A DNA stretch of 61,441 nt, counting the filler, from Ginglymostoma cirratum (taxonomy: Eukaryota): NCBI GenBank assembly GCA_024137785.1. It is 2 parts of 2 records of this genome, joined end to end, with 100 filler letters (N's around TTAATTAATTAA, not from the genome) between each part and the next. Parts side by side here need not be neighbours in the genome. Positions count along the whole stretch, not along the records: positions 1 to 31,430 come from JAHRHZ010000019.1; 1 more part is not named here. One strand, given 5' to 3'. Under the pieces are notes generated by a model, which saw only the letters and a list, made by a program, of their open reading frames with translations, was not told the DNA's origin and did not search any database. The position numbers and the translations under genes are program-made. How positions within the stretch are numbered: the stretch's first letter is position 1; each line of letters begins with the position of its first letter. Positions 12,850-25,372 of this stretch are shown in pieces.

Positions 12850-13870
12850 GGATCATAGAATCATTCAGTACAAAAGATGTCCTTCAGCCCATCAAGCCTG
12901 TCCCATGAAATACTACATTAAACCTACACTAGTCCCAGTTTCCACCACCACGCCCACAGCCTTAAAAGTTATGAAAATTCAGTTGCTAATCCAAGTACTT
13001 TTTAAAGGTTGTGAAGTTTCCCACATCAACTACCCTCCCAGGCAGTGCATTCCAAATTCCCACCACCCTCTGGGTGAAAAGACATAGTCTCAACTCCCTT
13101 CCAAACCTACTGCCTTTTATTGAGTCATAGAGGCATACAGCATGGAAACAGACCCTTCAGTGCAACTCATCCATGCCGAACAAATTTCCCAAACTAAACT
13201 CGAACCATTTGCCTCGACTGGCCTTTATACAACGAAACCTTTTCTCTTCATGTCCAAATGTCTTTTAAATGTTTTAATTGTATCTGCATTTATTACTTCC
13301 TCTGGCAGTTCATTCCACATATAAACCACCCTCTGTGTGAAAAAGTTGCCCCTCAGGTCCATTTTAAATCTTTCTCCTCTCACTTTAAGAACATGCTTTT
13401 TAGTTTTGAACTCCCTTTCGCGAGAGAAAATTCCTTTGCCTTTTCTTTATCTATGGTCCTCCTAATCTTTTACACTGCATACAGATAATGCCCCCACAAA
13501 CTTCTGTGCATCAAAGAAAACAATCTGAGCTTATCCAGCCTCATTGCATAAGTAAACAACTCCATCCCAGGCAAAACCCTGATGAATTTCCTCTGCACGC
13601 CTCCAGTACAATCACAACCTTTCTATAGTGTGCTGACCAGAACTGCACACAGTACTCCAGCTGCGACCTGACCAAAGTATAGCACCAACATAACTTCCCT
13701 GCTCTTATAATCTATGCCCTAACCAATAAATAACCAAGAGTCCCATGTACCTTCATAATGAACCTATTAAACTGTCCTGCCCCCTTCATAGGTCTATGGA
13801 CAAGCTCCCCAAGATCCGTCAGTCCCTCTGAGCTTCCTCATGTCCTGCCATTCATTGAATCCTCCATGTC
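12850..13870 (-). mobile_element. Nested CR1 3' fragments
   Basis: Two CR1-type tails (~12855, ~13125) and RT C-terminal remnant (cagaactgcacacagtactccagctg). Confidence 0.55.
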
Positions 13871-15408
13871 TCCTAAAACTCCCCTGACCCACCGACTGTG
13901 AGATTGGACACAACAACCAAAGAAGTGGAATTAAAAACCTAGCCTCATGATAACATTTCCAGTTGACAAGGATATCTTTCAGGGAGGGAAACCTGTCAGT
14001 TTTACCTAGGCTAGTCTATATGTGACTTCAGGCCAACAGCAATGTGATTGACTCGAAATAACCCTCTGAAAAGGCATTACCAAGACAGACAGTTCAAGGG
14101 GCAATTAGGGATGGGCACGAAATAAAAAAAGAAACTTTCACTCGACGTGACCCTGGAGCAGTAACCCTGTTTTTATTGGAATCATTCTGGGAATGTGGGT
14201 GTGGCTTTCTTCATAGCCCCAAGGTGTTAAGACCAACTGCAGCCTTGACTGTCGGAGATCACAGCAGGTCAAACAGCATTCATGGAGAGAGAGCAAGCTA
14301 ACATCTTAAGTCTAGATGACTCTTCATCAGAGTTGAAATGAAGTGTAGGGGGGGACAATGAATTTGCATATTCTGATCACTTAATCTAAATTAGTAACAT
14401 CTTTTCTCCATCAGCATCCTGCACCCACTACCCCCACCACTACACTGCCACCTCCCCTCCAATCCATCTTGTATCACAGCGTGCATCCAAGTGATTCTTT
14501 TGAATTCAGTTAAATCCAGTTAAGAGAAAATTCGACAACAGCAATTTGCTTAATTGTGGATGTTTATTAAGTAATAACAATGATAGTAATAAGAGTAAAA
14601 AATGGGAAAGAAAGGGGAAAATTAACAATAAGTCTCACGCTCTTTTGCCCGTTGGGGACCCCTTGATTGACAGCTCGTCTGGAGACTTAGGTTCGTTCCT
14701 GGAACCATTGACAATCCAGGTCCAATGTGAAGTCCAACTCTGAAAATGAAACTCCCTCTCTCTTATTCATTGTAACAAACAGCCACCATGGAGAAAGCAG
14801 ATACAGAAGACAAAGCTGCTTGCTGGTATGGGAAAAAAGTTTTTAATTGTGCTGTCTGTGGCACATAAAGGAATATACACAGGACTCATTCAAGGTGATG
14901 CAGCTGTTGAATATCATGAACACTTTTAATTCTTCAGACCATCCTATACATCCCAGAACTATTTTCATAAATGCTTTCCCTTCCACACTTCACATCAGCT
15001 CTGATGAAGAGACACCTAGATTTAAAACATTAGCTGTCTCTCTCTCCATGGATGCTGTCAGAACCAGTGATCTCCAGTATTTGTTGTTTTCAGAACATAT
15101 TCCAGCATCTGCAATAATTTGTTCCTGCAGCCTCGAATGTCATTGTGTCTGGGATACACAATTCCACCACCAGCTGGTGAGAGAGCCTGGAAGCTTTCAG
15201 GCAGAAATCACTGAGTTACTTCCTGGATAAACCCTGAACATTTGAAATTATCATTTGTTGCTGCATTTGATGAAAGATTAATTTTGGAAACTAATAATGT
15301 TTTTAATTTTGTTTGGACAGACTCTAAACCAGCTCCCAAAGCCTAAAGTACTGAAGCTATCATTCCGTGCAATGCCTGTATCCTGGAACATAAGAATTAT
15401 CAGATAGT

Positions 15409-15551
15409 GACTGTGGAACACTCTTTCCAGACTGCTTCACCATGATGCTGACTGTGGAACACTCTTTCTAGACTGCTTCACCGTGATGCTGACTGTGGGA
15501 TACTCTTCCCAGACTGCTTCACCATGCTGCTGGTTATAGGACACTCTTCCC
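15409..15551. repeat. 41-bp minisatellite, about 3.5 copies
   Basis: gactgtggaacactctttccagactgcttcaccatgatgct starting at 15409, 15450 and 15491, partial at 15532. Confidence 0.9.
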
Positions 15552-17959
15552 CATCCATGCAGACTCATTGATGTAGATTGTAAACAGTTGAAGCCTCAGC
15601 ATTTGTTGCAGAGGGGAGGTGCAACTCCTCTGATAATTAAAACCAAAACCCCCAGAGAAACTCCCCTCACCTCATTAAAGGAAATGTGAAAAGTGGTACA
15701 ATCTGACTCTTTTCACCTAACCTGTTATAAAGGAGAGAATAAATGAAATGAATTCCTGATAGTCACTCTATAATCAACAAGTTAAAATTTATTTGTCTAA
15801 CTCTAACAGTTAACAAATTAACAGAACTGCTAACAAACTGAACAATTCCCCCTTAACTACTAAGTTTACCAAAATATAACGAAATTCTAATGTTATGCTA
15901 TTCCAATAGATACACGTACCACTTATATAAGCCAAATCATTTAAAATAATGAATTAAAACTTAATGTCTTGGAATTACAGTCAGAATAAGTCTTCCAGAA
16001 TGTTCTTTGCCTTCTCCACTGTCCTTTTTCATTCAATGTCTTTCTTCATCGAATTTGTGTCAGGAATATTAGGTATGAGTGTCATAGTACCTTTATTTAG
16101 GTGATACTTACTCTGAGAACTTAGAGATTTCTATGAGAGCCAGTGATTCTTTCTCTTATAGCTGAGAGCTGTTCTCTCGGCAGATGACAGTTGACTCTCA
16201 TACAGATTTTCAAATGCCCTCTTCTTTTATACCTTTGATGACTTATTAAATTCTTACAATAGGATTGGTCCAAGATTGTCAAAACCATCAAATTTAAAAT
16301 TAATTGGGCTTTTATATCTATAGCCTGAATTAAATTAATTGGCTAAATTCAAAAACCTGTTATCTTGGTAAAAGTGATGCTTTGCCTGCTAAAAGTATAG
16401 CCTTTTGTAAAAATGTTTCAGTTTCAAGAACTTCCTGTGCATTTGCTGCAGCCTGCAGACTTTTTCTTTAATCTCCAAATCTAGAGAAACACCTCATCTT
16501 TTAAAGGGATCACACACTCTTTCCCCTATCATTTTACAAACAAATTCTAAAGTTCTGCCTTCCAATCCACAAGTGCTCTACCCAACTTTTCAACACACTG
16601 AGCCTGTGACAATCTTTGATTCTTACCCTGTCTGGCCTAATGTGACAGAAAAACTGTTTAATTTGATTAACTCATATCTACTCTCTGGGCACTTTGGAGT
16701 GGGCAATAAATACTGCCTAGCCAGTCATGCCCAATATTAATGAATAAATGGATGGAAATCTTCACTAGTTACAGATCAGAAATGGCTCATTTATCCACGC
16801 TCTATTTCTCGTTGTAAATCCATCCTCTATTCATGTACCACGTTGACAGATTGCCTCTTCTCCACATTGCTTTTTATTTTGTCGACAAGATAATCAATGA
16901 GTCAAACATATTATCACATTCACAAACCCCATTGTGACTCTGCCTGTCTACATTGACATTTCGAAGTCTTCTGCTATAACAGCCTTGGTAATGGATTCCA
17001 GCATTTTCCCCTGATGGACATCAGGCTGACTCCTCTTATTAACTTTTACTGGCTTGGAGGGGAACTCGCAGGATTTGGTGTTCCCATGTATCTTCTGCAT
17101 TATCTTGCTAGATGGTAGTGGCTGTGGGTTTGAAAGGATCTGTATAAGGGCCTTTGGTGAATTTCTGTAGTGTATCTTATAGAACGTATACACTGCTGTT
17201 ACTGAGCATCAGTGGTGGACAAAGTGGATGCTTGTGGATGTGGTGCCAATCAAACAGGCTACTTTGTCCTAGGTGGTGTCAAGCTTCTTGAGTGTTGTTG
17301 CGATGTTTAAAGAAATGTTGTGTTGTAGATCACATGGCCTGCACGGCAATGGGTGATAGTTTCTCACAACCTCTGCAACTGGACAGTGTGATAGTCTGTG
17401 GTCACTGTCCTGTGTCTGTAACTGTATAATGTCTGGCCCCTTGTTTCTGCTTTTCGTTGAAAATAACAATTGTATTTTCGTTAAATTATCAATGTTCAGA
17501 TTGGAGATGAATCACTCTCTTTGCCACCTAAAGAATATTTTAAATGGTCTCCAAATGCTGTGAAGAATTTATTTACCTGCAATGAGGCAGGTTTGATCAG
17601 ACCAACATCTGAAGGACAGATTAAAAATCTCAGGTCAAAGTGAAGGTCACTCAGTGACCCTGAACCAACCCTCTTCCAATTGCACATGGAGCTAAAGATT
17701 ACCTTGGTCAGACTTTGGGGAAACAATGTCAGTGTTGCCTCGAATTAACATCTTCACCACTTTTTATCTGAACACTTCTGGATCTTTCTGTGCGCCTGTT
17801 ATCCCTTTAAAACATCCAATTATTTCAGATGGCGATAGCAAGAACTGCAAATGCTGGAGACAGAGACAACACAGTATGGAGCTGGAGGAACACAGCAGGC
17901 CAGGCAACATCAGAGGAGCATGAAAGTTGACATTTTGGGTTGGGACATTTCTTCAGGAC

Positions 17960-18330
17960 CCTTCACATGTACCACTTTTCTGAGCAGTGGGTTTTACAAC
18001 ACACTGCCACCATGTTGGATTTAAAGTGAGTTGTTCTACTCCGCTTGGAATTTATACTGTCTGCTCCATTGGGATTTTGATCTGTGTGGGTTTGTACATG
18101 GGGTCCAATTCAATATGTTTGTTGATTGCATTATGGGTTGATAACCATGCCTCTAGGAATTCCTATGTATGTCTATGTTTAGCTTGGGCTACTATTGTTA
18201 TGTGATCCCAGCTAAACTGATAGCCTTCAATTTCCAAGTGTACTGATATCAGGAAAGTTCGTCGTATCGTTTTGCTGCTAGCTGATGTTCATATATATTT
18301 AATCCCCGCGAATATGCTGTTGTTGAGGTG
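17960..18330 (-). mobile_element. Penelope-like element fragment (GIY-YIG endonuclease C-terminus)
   Basis: Minus strand translates IYEHQLAAKRYDELSLISVHLEIEGYQFSWDHITIVAQAKHRHT*EFLEAWLSTHNAINKHIELDPMYKP; adjoins a Penelope-type repeat at ~17826-17960. Confidence 0.65.
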
Positions 18331-18334
18331 AGAT

Positions 18335-18713
18335 TTCCTTCTGGATTCCACAAAGTCTTCTGAAAAGCAATCCTCCATTTCCATCATGACAAACCATTCT
18401 AAAAGAGATGGAATAACATGAATCACTGAGATTCTTCCACTTTCATCCTCAACCAAACAAAATCCTGGTAGCTACATCGGACTGAGTACTCTGATAAATC
18501 AAACTCATTTCTGGTGGTTTCTGTGTGAATTCTGTAGGTAATGTACATCTCCATTGCAGACACATGTTTCTTTGGGTCATCAACTGTAAGGAAGAGATCT
18601 TTGATTTCACCATCTAGCTCATCATCCAGTTGTAATCTATTAAGGGGTGACGAGGAAGAAACAGGACTTGATGTCTCTACTGGTTTCCCATTGGGTAACA
18701 TTTGATTGTTGTC
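18335..18713 (-). pseudogene. SNX30: Processed (intronless) sorting nexin-30 PX-domain fragment
   Basis: LPNG...[43 protein letters not shown]...[27 protein letters not shown], then frameshifted HVIPSLLEWFVM...FSEDFVESRRK. Matches recalled SNX30 (SNX7 subfamily). Confidence 0.8.
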
Positions 18714-21700
18714 TCATACTACCACATGTATAATTTTGTTGTCTTTGAGCATGCATTCAATCTCTTTTAGAAATGTTACAAACTTTAGAGGGTCAAGTCT
18801 GTAAGGATGATGCTTAATTGGAACAGCATTTCCTCTATCTCCAGCATGTGCAATTAGATTAATACTTGTCAGCTTACTCCCACATATCTCTACATATGAT
18901 AGTAATAAATCTTTCAGATCATTTTGATTTTCCTCTGGGAGGTAAATTAATAATTGCCTTATTGTCCATTGTAATTTGGAGGAATTCCCAAGCACTTGGT
19001 TCTTCACTCTGTGGTGTAACCAGTAACACATTATTCTTTTGCTTTCCTTCCCTATTAACTACCTTTTGAACATATTCACTTGACACACTCTGTGAGACTT
19101 CCTTCTATCTGGTGTTCTTATCAAATACTTCACCTCACTCAATCTCCATTGGATTTGATAAGCTTCACTAAAACTTGCATTTAAAGGTTCACTTATTACT
19201 GGAAGTTACACTAGGACTAAAAACATCCACTTTGGCCTCCACCTGTTCTTGTTATTTTTTTATGTCTCAACCATTTGATCGTGCAAACGTGCTCTCTGTT
19301 GACACTAACACTAACACTGGAAGTCACATCTCCACTAGGAAAATTGTGAATTTTTGATTTCTTGCATGTTTGTTGTCTCATCACGTGCTGTACTACTTTT
19401 AAATGCTGTCTAGCCAACATACCCTCTCATTTAATCTGACCTAAAGTTTGACAGATCGTCTAAACATGTAGTCTCTGAACTCTGACTCACCAATTTCTCC
19501 TTATTTAATTTCAGTGGTTGTCTCACCTCATGTCCAAAAACTAATTCAAATAGACCGAATTTGGTGGATACATTTGCTGCATTCCTAATTGCAAAACCGA
19601 CAAATGGAATTCCATTGTTCCACTTCTCTGTATAGTCTTGATTGCAAACCCTTGAACGTAATCTTAAAAGTTTGATGCCACAGTTCTGAAACTCCCTGCG
19701 ATTCTGGATAGTACACAATGGATTTAAATTGTTTCATTCCTAAGCAATCTACAACTTCCTTGAACAATTTTGATGTAAAATCTGACCCTCAATCTGATTG
19801 TATCTCTGTGGGTAGTCTGTACCTTGTGAAAAACTTGAGTAATTCGACTACAATGGTTTTAGCCATGATCCCGTGTAATGGAAAGGCCTTTGGAAACCTA
19901 GTGGACACATCCATTATGTCGTCAAATACTGATTCCCAATTTTTGTTTTAGGCAGGGGTCTTATGCAAACAGTTAAGACCCTTGTAAAAGGTTCTTCACA
20001 TGCAGGAATTGGTGTTAAAGATATTGGTATTATCACTGACTAAGGTTTTCCATTAACCTGACACGTATAACATATCTGACAAAATTCAGTTCCATCCTTC
20101 TGCAGTCCAGGCCAGCTTTTGTATTTTGGCTTGAGTGTTCCTTACCCCTAAATGACATCCTACTGGTAACCCATGTGATCTCTGCAAAATCTCCTTTCTA
20201 TAACCTACAGGTAATGCAACTTGATGAACTTCTGCCCAATTCTTATCAGCTTGAATATGTGATAGTCTCCATTTTCTCACCAAAACATTGTTTTTAAGAT
20301 AGTAACATCCTGGGATACACTCATATTCTTCTTCTCTGAATGCTTTTGGTACAATTTTTCTGAACTAAAAATATCCACTTTGTCCTCCACTTGTTCTTAG
20401 ATTTTTTTCTCTCAACCATTGGTCAAACATGTTCCCTGATAATTCAACTTTCGTATCTTTATTCTTTCATTTCTCCTCCTACTTCAACCTGTGGCTTTGT
20501 CATCTTGTTATCACATAGTCAGGAAAAATTCTAGTTGTTTGACTTTCCACTGACTTTTCAACCACAGTAGGCAGCACTCCCACCTGTGATCCTGTTGTAT
20601 CATTACCAGGGACAAATTGTATTCCTGGAGTCGAGAGCTCTTCCAGTACTCCTAATGCCACTTCACCACTTTTCACTGGACAGCTCAACCTTACTTTACA
20701 TAATGCAGCACTTCTCATCTCACCATAGATTCTACATATTACCATGTTTTCTGACAATAATCCTTTTGAATTACATATTTCCTCATTTCCCAACATCAAA
20801 GATTGACATGTTCCCGTATCTCTTAATATTATAATTTCTTTACCTCCTCCTCCTGACATATGTGAGTGAACCTTACCCCCACAAGTAAATGGTTTATGAA
20901 GATCTAGCACTTTCTTCTCAAACAATCCTTGACCTGGTTGTACATTCTGGTGCATCTTTTTAGCATCCACTGTTCTTTACTTTATTGCTTCAACAAAACA
21001 GGCTGATCCTGTTTTCCCACATTCGTCTTCCCAGTGCTTTTTCTAAACCAGCAACACCGTGACTTTATGTAGCTTACTTCATTGCGGTGAAACAACTGAG
21101 CCTCATGTGTCTCCTTTTCACCCTGTGGTAAACTATCTTTATTGTCTTCAATGAGATCTCCTTTTCCCTTATCACCCGAGGATTTCTCTTTTCCCCAATT
21201 TCTATCCCTCACAGGTTGAAATTGATTTCAGAACCCAAACTTTGATTTATGAATCAATTCATAATCATCTGCCATTTCAGCTGCTAATATTGCAGTTTTT
21301 ACTGTCTCCTCTTCCACATGAGTTCTCACTCATCATGAAGTGGATTTTTGAACTCCTCCAAAATAATTGTCCTCTAAAAGCATCATATGTTTGATCAATT
21401 TTCAATGCCCTAATCCACCTGTAAAAATTACCTTGTTTGACTGTTTCAAACTCAATGTTTGACCAGGGTTCCTCCTTAGATTCCTGAAACATTGTCTCTA
21501 GGCTTCTGGCAGTAGCTCATATGCACTTAAGATGGCTTTCTTCACCTCATTATATTCTCCAGATGCCTCCACTGATAGTGATTCAAATACATCACTAGCT
21601 CTACCTACCAACTTTGCTTGGATCAACAATATCCACATGGTCACCGGCCACTTTGTTTGTTAAGATACTTTTTCAAATTAAGTGAACAAGACTTCTACAT

Positions 21701-21985
21701 CCTCCTCATTGAATTTAGACAACACTTTGAACTATTTAAATGGATCCACTGAGCCTTTGGCTACGATGGGTTTGTTCTTCATCATTATTTTCCTCACTAA
21801 GCCTACCTTCTACTTTCACCTCACCCTTTTAAGCTGACTTTCCTGTCTAATTGCCAACTTCCAAAGCTCAAATTCTCTCCACTTCCGCTTTTCTTCTCTC
21901 TCTTTCTCTCTCTTTTCTGCAAAGACCATCCTCTCTTTTTCTTTTTTCCTCTGCTCTTAATTGTAATTCAAGCTGTTTCATTTCC
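18714..21985 (-). mobile_element. Degenerate Gypsy LTR retrotransposon, Gmr1-like (gag-PR-IN-RT)
   Basis: Gag with SCAN-like region (KKAILSAYELLPEA, ~21500), protease IILRDTGTCQSL (~20810), integrase zinc finger (SHGLPVGCHLG, ~20160) and core (YYPESQG, ~19700), then RT N-terminus (PIKHHPYRLDP, ~18800), truncated. Confidence 0.8.
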
Positions 21986-22057
21986 TGTTCATAGATACCA
22001 AGGTGTAGAGCTGGATGAACACAGCAGGTCAAGCAGCATCAGAGGAGCAGGAAGGCT

Positions 22058-22085
22058 GACGTTTCGGGCCTAGACCCTTCTTCAG
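22058..22085 (-). ncRNA. Minimal hammerhead motif, second copy
   Basis: CTGAAGA-A-GGG-TCTAGG-CCC-GAAA-CGTC; helix I pairing is weak. Confidence 0.45.
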
Positions 22086-22112
22086 AAAATTTTGATCTAT
22101 TTTATAGGTAGA

Positions 22113-22683
22113 TGTGAAGATCCTGTTCCAGATGTGATGCTGCTAGTCAAACTACTCAACGTTAAGCAAAACATAATTTATGTAAACAAGATAGTTAGAA
22201 TTAAAACAAAAGAAAGAGGAATTTAGAATAATTTAACTATTGGAAGCCCTAATCGAATAATAGATATTATAAATTAACTGTTCCAATATAGTAACAACCC
22301 ATGAACACTCTCCTTGGTAAACATGAAAATTCAGGCACAGACTCTCACATTCAGTTCTCCAATCCAGGAGGGACAGAAAAAAAATCAGGAGAAGATTCAG
22401 GAAGAATAGTAGCTAGGAGACATTCACTGAAGCTGCCAACTCTTTTGAGACTCCAAATGCTTCTGGTAAAAACTAAATCTAAAAACTAAAACAAAAACTA
22501 GAAAGCCTGGTCTGTGAGAACTGATCACACCCAGGCTGCTTCTGTTGTTCCAACAACAGAAAAAAAAAGCCAAGGCCTCATTAAGTTTTTAATTTCTCAG
22601 AGATGGCTCGGCATCTCTGCCTTACAACGTCTCTTCAGAAATATCAGGAGAAAATAACCTTTTCAAGTGACTGCATTGTCACA
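22113..22683. mobile_element. Candidate LTR at the 5' end of the Gypsy element
   Basis: TGTGA...TCACA termini, about 570 bp, upstream of gag. No PBS or matching second LTR seen. Confidence 0.35.
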
Positions 22684-23757
22684 GCTGCAGACTGAAAGGG
22701 TCTTGTTGAACTTCAGTTTCTTGCCCGTTTTACAACTGCGTACTCCGAGTTACTTTCAGCATCTGTCACTGTTGGCCGGCTGGTTCCTTGTTGGTGAAAG
22801 TGAAGCTCAGCATAATGACATTCCCCTTCAGCCAGTTGGAATCGAAGAGAAATATCACGCACTATTTTTCTCAGAAACACCAGGAGTTCCTCATTTGAAA
22901 AAGAGCAAGATCCCAGCAGCAGCACTGAGCAAATGCTCGGTTTTGGTGAATGTTGGGAAAGCGACACGCATCACCCAGACAGTTCAGCAGAATCTCTCTG
23001 CTCTCTGCCAAAGTAATGCCTTGGGATGTGTTACATCCCATCCAAGGCAACAGAGAGGATCCGGATTTAACTCTTCATCCAAAAGAGGGGCAGCTTTTGC
23101 AGAGCAGCGCTCTCTCAGTACTTCTCTGAAAGGTCAGCCCAAAATCTGTGCTCAAATCTGTGCACTGAGGCTTGAAACACCATCATCTGATTGAGCAACA
23201 AGAGAGTCCCTACTGACCCCTGCCTGGTATCGAAGGATGTCTGGATCATGATCCACCAGAGAAAAGCTGGAATGCTGGTTCATTCCCCCTTCTTAATCTT
23301 GGGTGCTGAGGTCAATGAAGCCAAGCTCCTCTCTCCCCCAACAGCAGTCAGCTTATTTGGAGCAAAGCAGAGATTGAATCTTCCTGACCCAGGGCTTGTT
23401 GTGGCTTTCAGCTCCTTACAGACACCAGAAAGGAATTGCTTGGTTACTGAGGGAATGAAGAACATTGGGGATAGTGAAGGAAGTTGGAGCTGAGATTGAA
23501 CTGCAGCCATATTGTCATAATCAGGAGCAGGCTGTGGTTCATTCCTCCTTCTTAATCTCAGCCTTCAGAGGCTCCCCTGCATCTGAACAAACCATTAGGA
23601 GGAACATAGACCCCAGGACATTCTGTCTGTGATTGCAATCCTACAAAGTGTGAGAGCATTTCCCAGGAAACTGGAAGTTTGTGGACATTTCTGTCCGTGC
23701 AACTTGTCAAAAGATTCAAAAGAAGGAAATGATTGATTTCTCTTTGATTATTTTCAG

Positions 23758-23960
23758 TCAGAGCCTGTTGTGGAACAGAGGCTTTCTGTTTGTTGCGAGT
23801 TTTGATTTGTAATCATTTTGGTGATAGTGAAGTTCCTCCTGGTTGTGGCTCTTGTTTCTCAAAGCCTTTGTGTTAAAAATGCAGCAAAAACCAACAGCTG
23901 TGTCCCATTTCCTGACCAGAGCAGGAGGAACTACTGCTTGCTCACTGCTCTTTGTTTGAT
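23758..23960 (-). CDS. Candidate terminal cytoplasmic exon of right copy
   Basis: ttttctttcag|AT acceptor followed by an open hydrophilic frame QTKSSEQAVVPP...NQEELHYHQNDYKSK...NRL*. No paralogue found in the left copy. Confidence 0.3.
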
Positions 23961-24409
23961 CTGAAAGAAAATACAATTATACCTCTTCAGAATGGACCCT
24001 AGTCATGATCAAGCTCTTTATATTGGGAAAGATAGTGATGGAAAAATGCCAATGTCATTTTGGGCAGCAGGTTAAGGCAGGGGAAGGCAGCTGATGGGAA
24101 TCCTGGGCACTGTTTTAATGAGTGTGTAAAGGTTCTTCTCACTGTAATAAATATCTGCACAGGATGTGATTTGGTTTTTTTTCTCTCATTTGTGAAACAA
24201 TGTATGTTCATTTGTTAAAGTGCACTGGCAATTTCGTGACTATGTCTCAGTGAGTGACTATAAAATAAAATTTTGTCAATCACTCAAATGACATGCTCTA
24301 ACCATTAGCTTATTAATCACTTCAGGAATCTAACCATGTAAAATGGAGTGTTGGAACAGACAGTAATTCCTGCCAAATGTTGCAATAATGATTGAATTAG
24401 TTTACTTAC

Positions 24410-24706
24410 CATTTATATTGCATACACAGTGCTCTGGTCTTCAACAGGGCTCCTAAGTGAATGCCACATATTAGATTTATTGCACATTTACCACAGAGCA
24501 ACGCTGTCATCCGCACACTCTCAGTGCTGATGGATTTTACACTTTTCACCACAGACTTTTGAGCCCAGCTTTGCAACGTAAAGGATGATCTAGAAATTTG
24601 GATCAGTTGCGAAAAAGAGCAGAATTTGTGTGAATAACACAGGAAAGAACTTGACCAAAACCAGAGGGCACGCTGGGAAACTTGGCCAAGTTGTTGTTGT
24701 TTCTGA
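24410..24706 (-). pseudogene. Candidate cytoplasmic exon block of right copy (sense with V2/TM)
   Basis: tctcctttctacag acceptor and ATG|gtaag donor, conserved with 9542-9829. Confidence 0.45.
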
Positions 24707-25078
24707 CTGTAGAAAGGAGAGATTTCTTCAAGAAACTTGCTGCACTTTCAGCTGGTTCAGACTGAGCAAAGAAATAAATGTTTTACTGGAGCCAGAGCTG
24801 GTCATCAGCAAGAGGAGTTCTGATTTTTCTCTAGCTTGTGATGTGATCAGAAAATTTTCAGTTCAAGTCCACATTTTATTGTTAAGTGGTCTATCTGTCA
24901 AGGGGCAGTGTCTCTATATCTGAGGCAGATTGTCTGGGTCCAAGTCTCAACTGTCCCAGAGGGGGTTCAGAATAGGTTGATTAGGAAAAAAAAACGAACC
25001 CAATCATTTCCCAGTGACTTCTCCACAGTGGAACAAGAACCATCTAAAAAGAGTGATGAAGGATTAACCCTCAGTCTT

Positions 25079-25372
25079 CAGTGGTTAGCACTGCTGCCTC
25101 ACAGCACCAGGGACCTGGGACAACTGTCTGTGTGGAGTTTGCACAACTTCCCTGTATCGCATGGATTTCTGCCGGGTGCTCTGGTTTCCTCCCACAGTCC
25201 AAAGATGTGCAAGTCTAGTGGGTTGGCCGTGTTAAATTGCCCATTGTGTTCAGGGATGTGCAGGCTAGGTGGGTGAGTCATGGAAAATGCAATGATAGGG
25301 TAGGAGAACGGGTCTGGGTGGGATGCTCTTGGCCTGTGTGCACCTGTTTCTACACTATAGGGAATCTATGAT
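25079..25372 (+). mobile_element. HE1-like elasmobranch SINE
   Basis: cagtggttagcactgctgcctcacagc head, ctccggtttcctcccacagtccaaagatgtgc-type core, CR1-like tail ctatagggaatctatga. Confidence 0.65.

Noticed and set aside
12461-15400. Small exon-like segments at ~12461, ~14792 and ~15321
   Set aside because: Splice-like signals only; no counterpart in the right copy and no interpretable peptide.
15409-15551. CRISPR-like array
   Set aside because: Head-to-tail repeats without unique spacers, in vertebrate DNA.
15604-16537. Possible 3' LTR of the Gypsy element
   Set aside because: TG...CA ends, but no clear similarity to 22113-22683 and no TSD.
22667-23194. 175-aa ORF
   Set aside because: No motifs or splice support; runs through repeat-like DNA.
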